DNA of 22,049 bases from positions 1-22,049 of the forward strand of contig JBHLOI010000057.1 of the NCBI GenBank assembly GCA_048940645.1, in the 5' to 3' direction. The notes below the pieces were generated by a model. It had not been told where the DNA came from and searched no databases. It saw only the letters and a program-made list of their open reading frames with translations. The stretch is from Promethearchaeota archaeon. GTDB lineage: Archaea; Asgardarchaeota; Lokiarchaeia; Sigyniarchaeales; SOKP01. This document shows positions 8,491 through 17,036 of the stretch, one piece after another (the stretch's first letter is position 1; each line of letters opens with the position of its first letter). Both the position numbers and the translations under genes were made by a program.

Positions 8491-9582
8491 ATGAAAATAC
8501 TTGAAGTTAAATATCTAAGTAAAGAATTTTACAAAGAAGACAAATCAATAATTAGTGTTCTCTCCAATGTCAGTTTTACAGTTAAAAAAGGAGAATGTTT
8601 TGTAATTATTGGGCCCAACGGCAGCGGTAAAACTACTTTATTAAGATTGATAGGTTTACTTGATACACCAACAAATGGCCAAATATTTTATAATAACCAA
8701 GATTTAATGAAAATTTCAAGAAAAGAAAAAGTTAACTATCGAAGAAAATTCTCCTTCGTAAGACAAAAGCCTGTAGTACGGAGTACAACTGTATTCAATA
8801 ATATTTCATACGGCCTAAAGGTACGTGGTATTAAATTTGACGAATATAAGGAATCTGTAGAAAAACTAATTGAATTTATAGGATTAAAAGGAATGGAAAA
8901 TAAAAACGCAAAATCATTATCCGGTGGAGAAATGCAACGCGTTGCGATCGCAATGAATTTTATTATTAGACCTGAGATTTATTTATTAGACGAGGTTTCA
9001 GCTAACCTTGATTCAATGAACGTTAAATTATTAGAAGATTTTATAATGAGAATAAGGCAAGATAAAGAAAAAACCATTATTATGAGCACCCATGATCCTA
9101 TTGAAGCAATAAAATATGCAGATCGCATCGCAGTACTCAAAGATGGCCAAATAACTCAAATTGGAACTCCAAATGAAATATTTATTGCACCAAAGGATGA
9201 ATTTACAGCTCTTTTTGTTGGATATGAGAACATTTTGAATGGATTTGCAGAATTAGATAAATCAACTGGTTTGTCGCAAATCAAAGTTGGTGATTTAATT
9301 ATAACCGCCTCAAGTCAACAAGAAGGGGAAGTGAAAGTGTGTATACGACCAGAGAGTATTGGAATCGTAAAGGAAACTGCTAAAAACACGAGTTATAGAA
9401 ACACATTCAAGGGGATTATAGAAAATATTCGTGAACTTGGGAACATTTGTCATTTAATTGTTAGATGTAAATCGGAAAAATTTTTAATCACAATAACCGA
9501 ATTATCTCGCAAGAACTTAAACTTAAAATTAAATTCTGAGGTTTTTATCAATTTTAAAGCAACTGATGTAAAAATATTATAA
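8491..9582 (+). CDS. tupC: Tungstate ABC transporter ATPase with C-terminal TOBE domains
   Basis: GPNGSGKT, LSGGE, LLDE, STHD; TOBE-like IRPE..S.RN and FKA; ATG 8491 follows the tupB stop (alternative start TTG 8482). Confidence 0.88.
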   Translation: MKILEVKYLSKEFYKEDKSIISVLSNVSFTVKKGECFVIIGPNGSGKTTLLRLIGLLDTPTNGQIFYNNQDLMKISRKEKVNYRRKFSFVRQKPVVRSTTVFNNISYGLKVRGIKFDEYKESVEKLIEFIGLKGMENKNAKSLSGGEMQRVAIAMNFIIRPEIYLLDEVSANLDSMNVKLLEDFIMRIRQDKEKTIIMSTHDPIEAIKYADRIAVLKDGQITQIGTPNEIFIAPKDEFTALFVGYENILNGFAELDKSTGLSQIKVGDLIITASSQQEGEVKVCIRPESIGIVKETAKNTSYRNTFKGIIENIRELGNICHLIVRCKSEKFLITITELSRKNLNLKLNSEVFINFKATDVKIL

Positions 9583-9622
9583 ATAAATTTTTAAGAAATT
9601 TCTATTTAATTTAAATAACTTT

Positions 9623-9646
9623 CGTTATGTTTAACGAGTAAGATCG
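9623..9646. promoter_or_regulatory. Second ModE-box-like element, just downstream of a TTTAAATA TATA-like box, before moaC
   Basis: CGTTATGTTTAACGAGTAAGATCG matches the tupA element at 17 of 24 positions. Confidence 0.55.
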
Positions 9647-9651
9647 GTAAA

Positions 9652-10080
9652 ATGATTGATATATCAAAAAAAGATACAATTACTAGGATTGCTAGGGCAT
9701 CTGGTAAAATTAAGTTGAAAAACGAAACATTAGAGAGGATTAAAACCAAGCAGGTTGAAAAGGGGGATCCATTCACTATAGCAAGAGTAGCTGCTGTTAC
9801 AGCTGTCAAAAAAGTTCCTGAATTAATTCCATTTTGTCATCCAATTACTATAACCAATGTTATTGTTGATTTTAAAATTGAAGAAGAGGCGATAAAAGTT
9901 ACTTGCCAAGTAAAGAGTATTGCGAAAACAGGAGTTGAGATGGAAGCTCTAACAGGAGTTAATATTGCTCTTCTGAATTTATGGGATGTAGTTAAAATGT
10001 ATGAAAAAGATGAAAAAGGGCAATATCCATTTACAAAAATCTGTGATATTAAAGTCGATGAGAAAATTAAAAAACAGTGA
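9652..10080 (+). CDS. moaC: Cyclic pyranopterin monophosphate synthase
   Basis: MIDISKK, KGD, LIPFCHP, KTGVEMEAL, DVVK. Confidence 0.96.
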   Translation: MIDISKKDTITRIARASGKIKLKNETLERIKTKQVEKGDPFTIARVAAVTAVKKVPELIPFCHPITITNVIVDFKIEEEAIKVTCQVKSIAKTGVEMEALTGVNIALLNLWDVVKMYEKDEKGQYPFTKICDIKVDEKIKKQ

Positions 10081-10089
10081 TTCAGTAAT

Positions 10090-11019
10090 ATGAAAGATAA
10101 ATGCAATAGAGAAATTAAGCATATCAGATTTTCAATTACTTCCAAATGTAATTACAATTGCATTTATTGTGACCAAGAAGGATTTATTCCTAAAACCACG
10201 GAATTAACTGTGGATGAGATAACTAAATTATGTAAAATCTTAGCAGAAATATTAAAAGTTACTAGAATCAAATTTACAGGCGGAGAACCTTTATGTCGAG
10301 AAGAAGTAATCACGATTATTAAAAATGTTTCCGAATTAGGCCTGTATAAGGATATTTCTCTTACGACAAATGGATATTTACTCTACGAAAAAGCTGAAGA
10401 ATTATTCAAGGCTGGGTTAAATAGGATTAACGTTTCTTTGGGATCTTTAAAACCAGAAGTATATAGAAAAATTTATGGTATTGATGCTTTAGATAAAGTA
10501 CTTAAAGGCTTGGAAAAAGCAAAGCAAGTAGGATTTGAACCCATTAAATTAAATTTTGTATTTCTTAAAGGAATTAATGATAATGAATTAGAAAATATAT
10601 TAGAGTTCTGTAGAAAAAATGGATTTGTTTTACAATTAATTGAATTACACGAGGCTTCTGATACCGTTGGAAATAATGGTGAATTTTTTAAGAAACACCA
10701 TCTTTCTGTAAAACCATATATTGAAAGATTTGAATCTCAGGCATGTGAAGTGTTAATAAGAGGAAACATGCAAAATAGAAAGGTATTTATAATGCCTAAC
10801 TCGACAGTAATAGAAACTATTACTCCCGGACATGAATTTTGTAAGGGTTGTACAAAATTAAGAGTAGGATGTGATGGAAATCTTTTTGGATGTCTCTATC
10901 GTTCAGATCTCGGGAAAAATATTAAAGAAGCATTACATAATTATCATTCATTATCAAAATACGAACAAATTGTTAAAGAGGTTGTGAATTCTCGGGAACC
11001 TTACTATAAAAATTATTAA
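10090..11019 (+). CDS. moaA: GTP 3',8-cyclase (radical SAM), archaeal type
   Basis: CNYNCIYC, KFTGGEP, TTNG, RINVSL, C-terminal FCxGC..LR..GCL; ends REPYY rather than GG. Confidence 0.95.
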   Translation: MKDKCNREIKHIRFSITSKCNYNCIYCDQEGFIPKTTELTVDEITKLCKILAEILKVTRIKFTGGEPLCREEVITIIKNVSELGLYKDISLTTNGYLLYEKAEELFKAGLNRINVSLGSLKPEVYRKIYGIDALDKVLKGLEKAKQVGFEPIKLNFVFLKGINDNELENILEFCRKNGFVLQLIELHEASDTVGNNGEFFKKHHLSVKPYIERFESQACEVLIRGNMQNRKVFIMPNSTVIETITPGHEFCKGCTKLRVGCDGNLFGCLYRSDLGKNIKEALHNYHSLSKYEQIVKEVVNSREPYYKNY

Positions 11020-11031
11020 AAATATGATTAT

Positions 11032-11310
11032 ATGATTGTAGAAGTCCTATATTTCGCTGAGTTTAAGGATATTACCTCCAAAGAAAAAGAAAAGATTAAA
11101 ATAAAGGAAAACTTGAAGGATTTGTTAAATTTATTATTTAAAAATTATAATCCTTTTAGAAATTTAGTATGGGATGAAAAAGCTCAAAAAATACGTAATT
11201 TAATTTCAATAATAATTAATAATCAAGCTATTTACGAAAAAGATCCATCAAAAATTAATTTAAAGGATGGAGATAAAATAGCTTTCTTATTGCCAGTTTC
11301 AGGAGGATGA
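11032..11310 (+). CDS. moaD: MoaD/ThiS-family sulfur carrier (ubiquitin-like)
   Basis: V.YFA N-terminus, LKDGDKIAFLLPVSGG C-terminal di-glycine. Confidence 0.93.
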   Translation: MIVEVLYFAEFKDITSKEKEKIKIKENLKDLLNLLFKNYNPFRNLVWDEKAQKIRNLISIIINNQAIYEKDPSKINLKDGDKIAFLLPVSGG

Positions 11311-11314
11311 ATAA

Positions 11315-11761
11315 ATGCCCTCTAATGAAGATAGTATTAATTCTGGTATTTATAATAAAGGTGAAATTGAATTAGATCACTTAATTAAATCATTGAAGGA
11401 AAATCCAAACATAAGTAAGGCAGGATCTATTCATACATTTACGGGTATTGTTAGAGATAGTTCGAATAATGGAAAATCTGTAATCAGTATGAAAATTGAT
11501 GCTTATGATGATTTAGCAAATAAAAGTCTTACAAAGATTTGTGAAAAATTAAAGCAAAAAAAAGGAATTATTGATATTAAAATAATACATCTAAAGGGAG
11601 ATTTCCGGCTCTCTGAAGATTTAGTTTATGTCATTGTGGCATCAGCTCACAGAAAAGAAGGCTTTGAAGTTATTAGTAAAGCTGTTGAAATGTATAAAAA
11701 ACAAATAGCAGTGTGGAAGAGAGAGGATTTTAGTGATGGAACATCAGAATGGATCCATTAA
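11315..11761 (+). CDS. moaE: Molybdopterin synthase catalytic subunit
   Basis: G.I.TFTGIVR, H..G, VASAHR, K....WKRE. Confidence 0.94.
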   Translation: MPSNEDSINSGIYNKGEIELDHLIKSLKENPNISKAGSIHTFTGIVRDSSNNGKSVISMKIDAYDDLANKSLTKICEKLKQKKGIIDIKIIHLKGDFRLSEDLVYVIVASAHRKEGFEVISKAVEMYKKQIAVWKREDFSDGTSEWIH

Positions 11762-11824
11762 TATTGGCAAACAAGATTAGCTAGTGCATTTTAAACGTTA
11801 AAGAATAATAAAAAATAATTTTTT

Positions 11825-13051
11825 ATGAAATTTCTTAAAACTATTAGCGTGGAAGAATTTAGAAAAATACTTGATTCAGTTCACAAAATTGAAACAGGAG
11901 AAGAACTGGTCAGTCTAGATGATGCATTCAATAGAATTTTTTCAAAAAATTTAACTAGTAATATTCATGTGCCACATTTTAGAAAATCAAGAATGGATGG
12001 ATATGCTATCATTGCAGAGGATACTTTTGGAGCGGAAGAAGATAACATAATTGATCTTAATTTAATAGAAATAATTCAAGCTGGGGATATCCCACGAAAA
12101 AAGTTGAATCATGGTCAATGCTCTTATGTAGCAACTGGGGCAGCTCTCCCAGAAAATGCAGACGCTGTATTAATGGTTGAATTTACTGAAAAAAGAGATA
12201 ATAAAGTTTTAATTTCTAAAGCTGTTGCTCCTGGAACTCATGTTATTACCATTGGAAATGATATAAAGAAAGGTGATGTCATAGTTAAAAAAGGCACATT
12301 GGTTAATTTAGCAACGATGGGCATTCTAGCTTCTTGTGGAATTAAAGAAATTCCAGTATATAAAAAACCAAAAGTAAGTCTTATAAGCACAGGAAATGAA
12401 TTAGTAACCCCAAATGTAAATGGATTAGAAATTGGTAAGATTTATGATGTAAATTCTATTATTTTGAAAAAAGCCATAGAAAATACGGGTGTTCAAGTGA
12501 ATTTCCTAGGTATTGTAAAAGATATATATGAGGATTTAAAAAAAACAATTGATAAAGCGTTAGATAATAGCGACATAATCATTCTTTCCGGGGGAACTTC
12601 TAAAGGAGAAGGAGATTTGGGCCCCAAGGTTTTAGAAGAGTATAATAATATTGAAATTTTTATTCATGGAGTAAAAATAAAACCAGGAAAACCAATTATT
12701 TTTGTAAAAATGAAGAAAAAAACGTTATTTATTTTACCTGGTTATCCCACTTCTGCATTAAGTTGCTTTTATGTTTTTATTGATAATTTTTTAAGAAAAA
12801 TGTCCGGTCTACCTCTACGAGAGACGTTTGCTAAAGAATTAGAAGTTGGTGAGAGAATTTATAGTACGATTGGTAGGCATGAGTTTAAAGCAGTGAAAAT
12901 TCAAGAAGAGAATGGAGAGAAGAAAATTTTTCCTATTAAAACGGGATCAGAAGCAATAAGTACTATGTTCTATGCCGATGGATATATAGAAATTGATGAG
13001 TTTGAATCAATAATAGAAAAAGGAGATAAAAGAAGAATTTATTTTTTCTAA
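11825..13051 (+). CDS. moeA: Molybdopterin metal-insertase MoeA paralogue 1 (no fused PBP domain)
   Basis: SRMDGYA, TGA.LP..ADAV.MVE, STGNEL, SGGTSKG, KPGKP, LPGYP. Confidence 0.93.
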   Translation: MKFLKTISVEEFRKILDSVHKIETGEELVSLDDAFNRIFSKNLTSNIHVPHFRKSRMDGYAIIAEDTFGAEEDNIIDLNLIEIIQAGDIPRKKLNHGQCSYVATGAALPENADAVLMVEFTEKRDNKVLISKAVAPGTHVITIGNDIKKGDVIVKKGTLVNLATMGILASCGIKEIPVYKKPKVSLISTGNELVTPNVNGLEIGKIYDVNSIILKKAIENTGVQVNFLGIVKDIYEDLKKTIDKALDNSDIIILSGGTSKGEGDLGPKVLEEYNNIEIFIHGVKIKPGKPIIFVKMKKKTLFILPGYPTSALSCFYVFIDNFLRKMSGLPLRETFAKELEVGERIYSTIGRHEFKAVKIQEENGEKKIFPIKTGSEAISTMFYADGYIEIDEFESIIEKGDKRRIYFF

Positions 13052-13084
13052 AAAAAAGTAAACAATAAATGGAAATTGAGAGAA

Positions 13085-13645
13085 ATGAAGAAGAATTCTA
13101 TGGTTCCGAATGAACATAAAAAGAAAGCTCCCGATAAAATTAATTTAGCTCTAATCATAGTGAGTACAAGTCGTTTTAATGAGATAAAATCAGGAAATAG
13201 TAGTACAGATAAAACTATACCGAAAGTAAAAGAATTGTTGAAAAATAACAAATCAGTTTTTTTAACTTTTACCGAGATTATACCTGATTCGGAAGAATAT
13301 ATCAATAATAGCCTATCTCGATTAATGAAAGATCATACAATTGATTCAATTCTATTTAGTGGAGGCACAGGATTATCAACGAAAGATATTACATATGAAA
13401 TATTAGAACCTCGTTTAGAAAAAAAATTTAATGGTTTTGGAGAACTCTTTAGATCACTTTCTTACAATGAAATTGGTACTTCAGCTATATTATCAAGAGC
13501 AACAGCTGGTATTTTAAGAGGAGAAAAAAAGAATAAAGTTATATTCTTACTTCCGGGGTCACCTAATGCTGTGAGGTTAGCACTACGTGATATAATAATC
13601 CCTGAATTAGGACACATTTTATATATTATTAATAAAGAAGAGTGA
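13085..13645 (+). CDS. moaB: MoaB/MogA-family molybdopterin adenylyltransferase
   Basis: VSTSR, IIPD, SGGTG...D.T.E, GFGELFR, SRATAG, LPGSPNA; start uncertain (13076, 13085 or 13100). Confidence 0.92.
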   Translation: MKKNSMVPNEHKKKAPDKINLALIIVSTSRFNEIKSGNSSTDKTIPKVKELLKNNKSVFLTFTEIIPDSEEYINNSLSRLMKDHTIDSILFSGGTGLSTKDITYEILEPRLEKKFNGFGELFRSLSYNEIGTSAILSRATAGILRGEKKNKVIFLLPGSPNAVRLALRDIIIPELGHILYIINKEE

Positions 13646-14898
13646 TATTGGTGAAAAAACTTCGAAAAATAGGATTTTCCAAGTTAACACCTTTAAACGA
13701 GGCTGTAAATATACTATTTTCCAAGATTCAGGTGAATTCAATTGAAGAAATTGAAATCAAGGATGCATTAAATCGGATTCTAGCAGATGATATAATTAGC
13801 GAGATGGATGTTCCACCTTTTGATCGATCTGCTATGGATGGCTATGCCATTAAAGCAGAGGATTCATTTGGAGCATCTCCAAAAAATCCAAAAAAAATCA
13901 AACTTGTTGGTGTAATCGAAATTGGCGAATATACAAGGCTTAGGATAAACAGAAATGAAGGAATGAGAATTTCTACAGGCGCCCCAATTCCAAAAGGTTC
14001 TAATGCTGTTATTAAAATTGAAGATACTGAAATTGATAAGAATTTTGTCAGTCTTTATACTTCGCTCGTCCCAGGACAAAATATTTCTAAAAGAGGGGAA
14101 GATCTAAAGAATGGAACCAAAATTCTAAGTAGTGGTGTAGAATTAAAGGCAGAACATATTGCACTTCTATGCTCATTAGGTTTTAATAAAGTAATGGTTC
14201 GAACAAAACCAGAAATAAGCATTTTCTCATCTGGTAATGAATTAATTGAACCTGGAGAACCATTAAAACCCGGCAAAATCTACAATTCAAACACTTCGAT
14301 GATCTCAGTTTTAGTGAATTTATACGGTGGCATCGTAGTTAGGAGCGAAACTATAAAAGATGATAAAGAATCAATTAAAAAAAAGATAATTGACGCATTA
14401 AAAGATTCTCAGATCATAATCTTTACTGGAGGTACTTCTGTTGGAACTAAAGATTATTTGCCTGAAATTATGGAAGAATCGGGCTTGATTTTGACCCATG
14501 GAGTTGCTCAACGACCAGGAGTTCCCGTTTTGATAGGTTTCTTGAACGATGTTTTAGTATTTTGCCTTCCTGGTACACCAGTTGCTGCATATGTTTCTTT
14601 TTTGAAAATTACTGGACCCTCGATAAGAAAGATGTTAGGCTGTTTAGTTCTAGATCCAAGGATTTCAATTAAAGCAAAAATAGCTAGAGATATTCCTGTT
14701 TCCAGTCTTGGATTTCTCCATTATTTAAGAGTAAAATTGGAAGAATGTAATGAGGAAATTATCGCAGTGCCAGTTAAATTAAGAGGCTCTGGAGTTATAA
14801 GCTCATTAACTTATTCCGATGGAATCGTCGAGATTGTACCACATCAGGAAGGCTTGAAAAAAGGAGAAGATGTAATAGTTAAACTCCATCCAAAATAG
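13642..14898 (+). CDS. moeA: MoeA paralogue 2
   Basis: PPFDRSAMDGYA, STGAPIP, SSGNEL, TGGTSVG..D, LPGTP, GSG.ISSL; start may be GTG 13651. Confidence 0.93.
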   Translation: MILVKKLRKIGFSKLTPLNEAVNILFSKIQVNSIEEIEIKDALNRILADDIISEMDVPPFDRSAMDGYAIKAEDSFGASPKNPKKIKLVGVIEIGEYTRLRINRNEGMRISTGAPIPKGSNAVIKIEDTEIDKNFVSLYTSLVPGQNISKRGEDLKNGTKILSSGVELKAEHIALLCSLGFNKVMVRTKPEISIFSSGNELIEPGEPLKPGKIYNSNTSMISVLVNLYGGIVVRSETIKDDKESIKKKIIDALKDSQIIIFTGGTSVGTKDYLPEIMEESGLILTHGVAQRPGVPVLIGFLNDVLVFCLPGTPVAAYVSFLKITGPSIRKMLGCLVLDPRISIKAKIARDIPVSSLGFLHYLRVKLEECNEEIIAVPVKLRGSGVISSLTYSDGIVEIVPHQEGLKKGEDVIVKLHPK

Positions 14899-14925
14899 TT
14901 TATTAAACTTAAGTTTAGAATCTTT

Positions 14926-14955
14926 GTGCAGGGAGCGGATATATTCCCACTTTTT
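14926..14955 (+). terminator. Possible hairpin plus U-tract after the cofactor operon
   Basis: GT..GGGAG/TTCCC-AC imperfect stem followed by TTTTT; locally GC-rich. Confidence 0.35.
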
Positions 14956-15011
14956 AGAAGTTTATTTTAGATAAACTAAAAATATTTTAGAAGTGATAGA
15001 TTCTTAATATT

Positions 15012-15893
15012 ATGGTTGATGCAACCAAAATAGTAAAGGAAATACAAGAGAAATATAAAATAATAGGAAGAACAGAAGAATTAAGACAAATTGTATTAGC
15101 TCATGCAGTAGGCAAGAATATATTACTAGAAGGAAATGTAGGTGTAGGTAAAACCACATTAGCCAAAGCGGTTGCAGAATATTATGGTTCTAATGAATCT
15201 AATTTTTATAGAGTTGACTGTAGTGAGGAATTACTACCTCATAACCTTGTAGGATATTTTGAACCACCACTTGTAATTGCGAAGGGATATATTGAAGATG
15301 CTTATGTCTTTGGAGTACTTGCTTCTGCTATGCTTAATGGAGGGTGTCTATTTATTAATGAAATAAACAGGATGCCAGAAAGCACTCAAAATTCTTTATT
15401 AACTGCTTTGGATGAAGGAATTTTAGATATTCCTAAATTAAGAACTATTCACGCCCATAAAGATTTCTTTGTGGTAGCTACGCAAAATCCTGCTGCTCAT
15501 GTAGGTGTGACTGTTTTAGGAGAGGCTTTAAAAGATAGATTTATTTGGATTAAATTAAATTATCAAAATCCTGAAGAAGAAATTTTAATTATAAAAAAAG
15601 AGGCAAAACTCAACATTTCGAATGGAGATAAAATAGCAAATATCTGTCAAAAAATAGTTCAAATAACGCGTGAAACTACTACTATTCGTCGAGGGAGTTC
15701 AATAAGGGGCGCAATCGACCTTGCGGGACTGATTTGTAATTCTGGTAGAGAAAGCAGCACAAAAAACTGGGTTGAGGCAGGCATTATGGCTTTATATAAT
15801 AAAATCGAATTAGAAGATGGTGTAACTAGATCAAAAACAGAAATTATTACTGATATTATCGTTTCTGCCTTAAATGAAGTGGATTTTCAATAA
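15012..15893 (+). CDS. MoxR-family AAA+ ATPase (CoxD-like)
   Basis: IIGR, Walker A GNVGVGKT, Walker B LFINEINR, ATQNP, EALKDRF, SIRGAI. Confidence 0.9.
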   Translation: MVDATKIVKEIQEKYKIIGRTEELRQIVLAHAVGKNILLEGNVGVGKTTLAKAVAEYYGSNESNFYRVDCSEELLPHNLVGYFEPPLVIAKGYIEDAYVFGVLASAMLNGGCLFINEINRMPESTQNSLLTALDEGILDIPKLRTIHAHKDFFVVATQNPAAHVGVTVLGEALKDRFIWIKLNYQNPEEEILIIKKEAKLNISNGDKIANICQKIVQITRETTTIRRGSSIRGAIDLAGLICNSGRESSTKNWVEAGIMALYNKIELEDGVTRSKTEIITDIIVSALNEVDFQ

Positions 15894-17005
15894 TCGATGA
15901 TTTCTCTTCAAAAGTTTCTGAAGAGATTGAGAGTGAACGGTTGCACGTGAGATTAACAGAACGGATTCCTGATAAAGAGATTTTAAGATTCGAGATTATA
16001 AGAAAAAAAAAGAAAAAACCTGACTATTATCATCATTTAGCAAATTCATTGGATTATAAACAAATCAAAGATTTAACCTATTTAGCAATTGAATATAAAA
16101 ATCTGGAAGCTATTATAGGGTTGCTTAAATCAAATGTGTACGCTGCCACAGATGCTTTAGATTGTGATAAGGGAGTTAAATTCTTCTCGGAAAAAGCAAA
16201 AGATTCAGCAACTTCTATGGCAGAAGTTTATTTTTTCATAAGAAGACCTATTTCTGAGAAATATAAAAATATTTTTAGGCGATTGGCTAGGCAAAGTATA
16301 TTAAAAAGTTCGCTTAAAATTACAAGTAAAGGAATAAGAGGAAGTTACAGAAAAACTATTCCATATTATGAGATAGGAATGCCTGAATTTGATATCGATG
16401 AGACCATCCAACATAACCCCCTAAAAATCCATCAAAGAAGTCTATCTTATAAAGATATTTACGGTATTAAAAGAAAACAACAAAAAAGAAAGATTGTTTT
16501 AATTCTTGATACGAGTGGTAGCATGTATGGGAAACTTCTTCTAAACGCTGCTTTAACAACTTCAGTGTTAGCTTATAATATGGAAAAAGAAGATTACGCA
16601 ATCGTGTTATTTAACTCAACAGCCATGGTTTTAAAACATATTAATGAAAGAAAACAAATTGCAACTATTATAGATGAGATTCTTGATTCTGAAGCAGTTG
16701 GTTTTACAAACATTCATATCGGATTAGAAAAAGGATTGAAAGAATTAAGTAAAGTAAAGAAGGATCCAAGAAATCAATTTGGAATCTTAATTACAGATGG
16801 TAATTATAATCGTGGTGAAAAACCATATGAATTGGCGAAAAATTATCCAAAACTACATGTGATTGGGATGCCCGCTGAAAATGATGCTGATAGAGGTATT
16901 AAAACCTGTAAAAAGATAGCAAAAAAGGGTCGCGGGAAGTTTTACGCCGTGAATGACTATAAGGAAATCCCTAGGGCTTTAATTGAATTATTATCACAAA
17001 CTTAA
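15890..17005 (+). CDS. VWA (MIDAS) domain protein, CoxE-like partner of the MoxR ATPase
   Basis: DTSGSM, GFTNI, ITDG MIDAS residues; D..ETI linker motif. The frame is open from 15878, so the start is ambiguous (TTG 15941, ATA 15890, or entry by -1 frameshift). Confidence 0.88.
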   Translation: MIDDFSSKVSEEIESERLHVRLTERIPDKEILRFEIIRKKKKKPDYYHHLANSLDYKQIKDLTYLAIEYKNLEAIIGLLKSNVYAATDALDCDKGVKFFSEKAKDSATSMAEVYFFIRRPISEKYKNIFRRLARQSILKSSLKITSKGIRGSYRKTIPYYEIGMPEFDIDETIQHNPLKIHQRSLSYKDIYGIKRKQQKRKIVLILDTSGSMYGKLLLNAALTTSVLAYNMEKEDYAIVLFNSTAMVLKHINERKQIATIIDEILDSEAVGFTNIHIGLEKGLKELSKVKKDPRNQFGILITDGNYNRGEKPYELAKNYPKLHVIGMPAENDADRGIKTCKKIAKKGRGKFYAVNDYKEIPRALIELLSQT

Positions 17006-17036
17006 TTATGAAATCAAAAAGAATTGAGTTTAAAGA

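Noticed and set aside
11017-11034. moaA and moaD also in the same frame
   Set aside because: TAA stop, normal archaeal MoaA C-terminus and an own ATG for moaD; consistent with chance
14914-14994. Mini CRISPR-like array from TTTAGAA repeats
   Set aside because: Repeats are only 7-10 nt, AT-rich and irregular, and no cas genes are present
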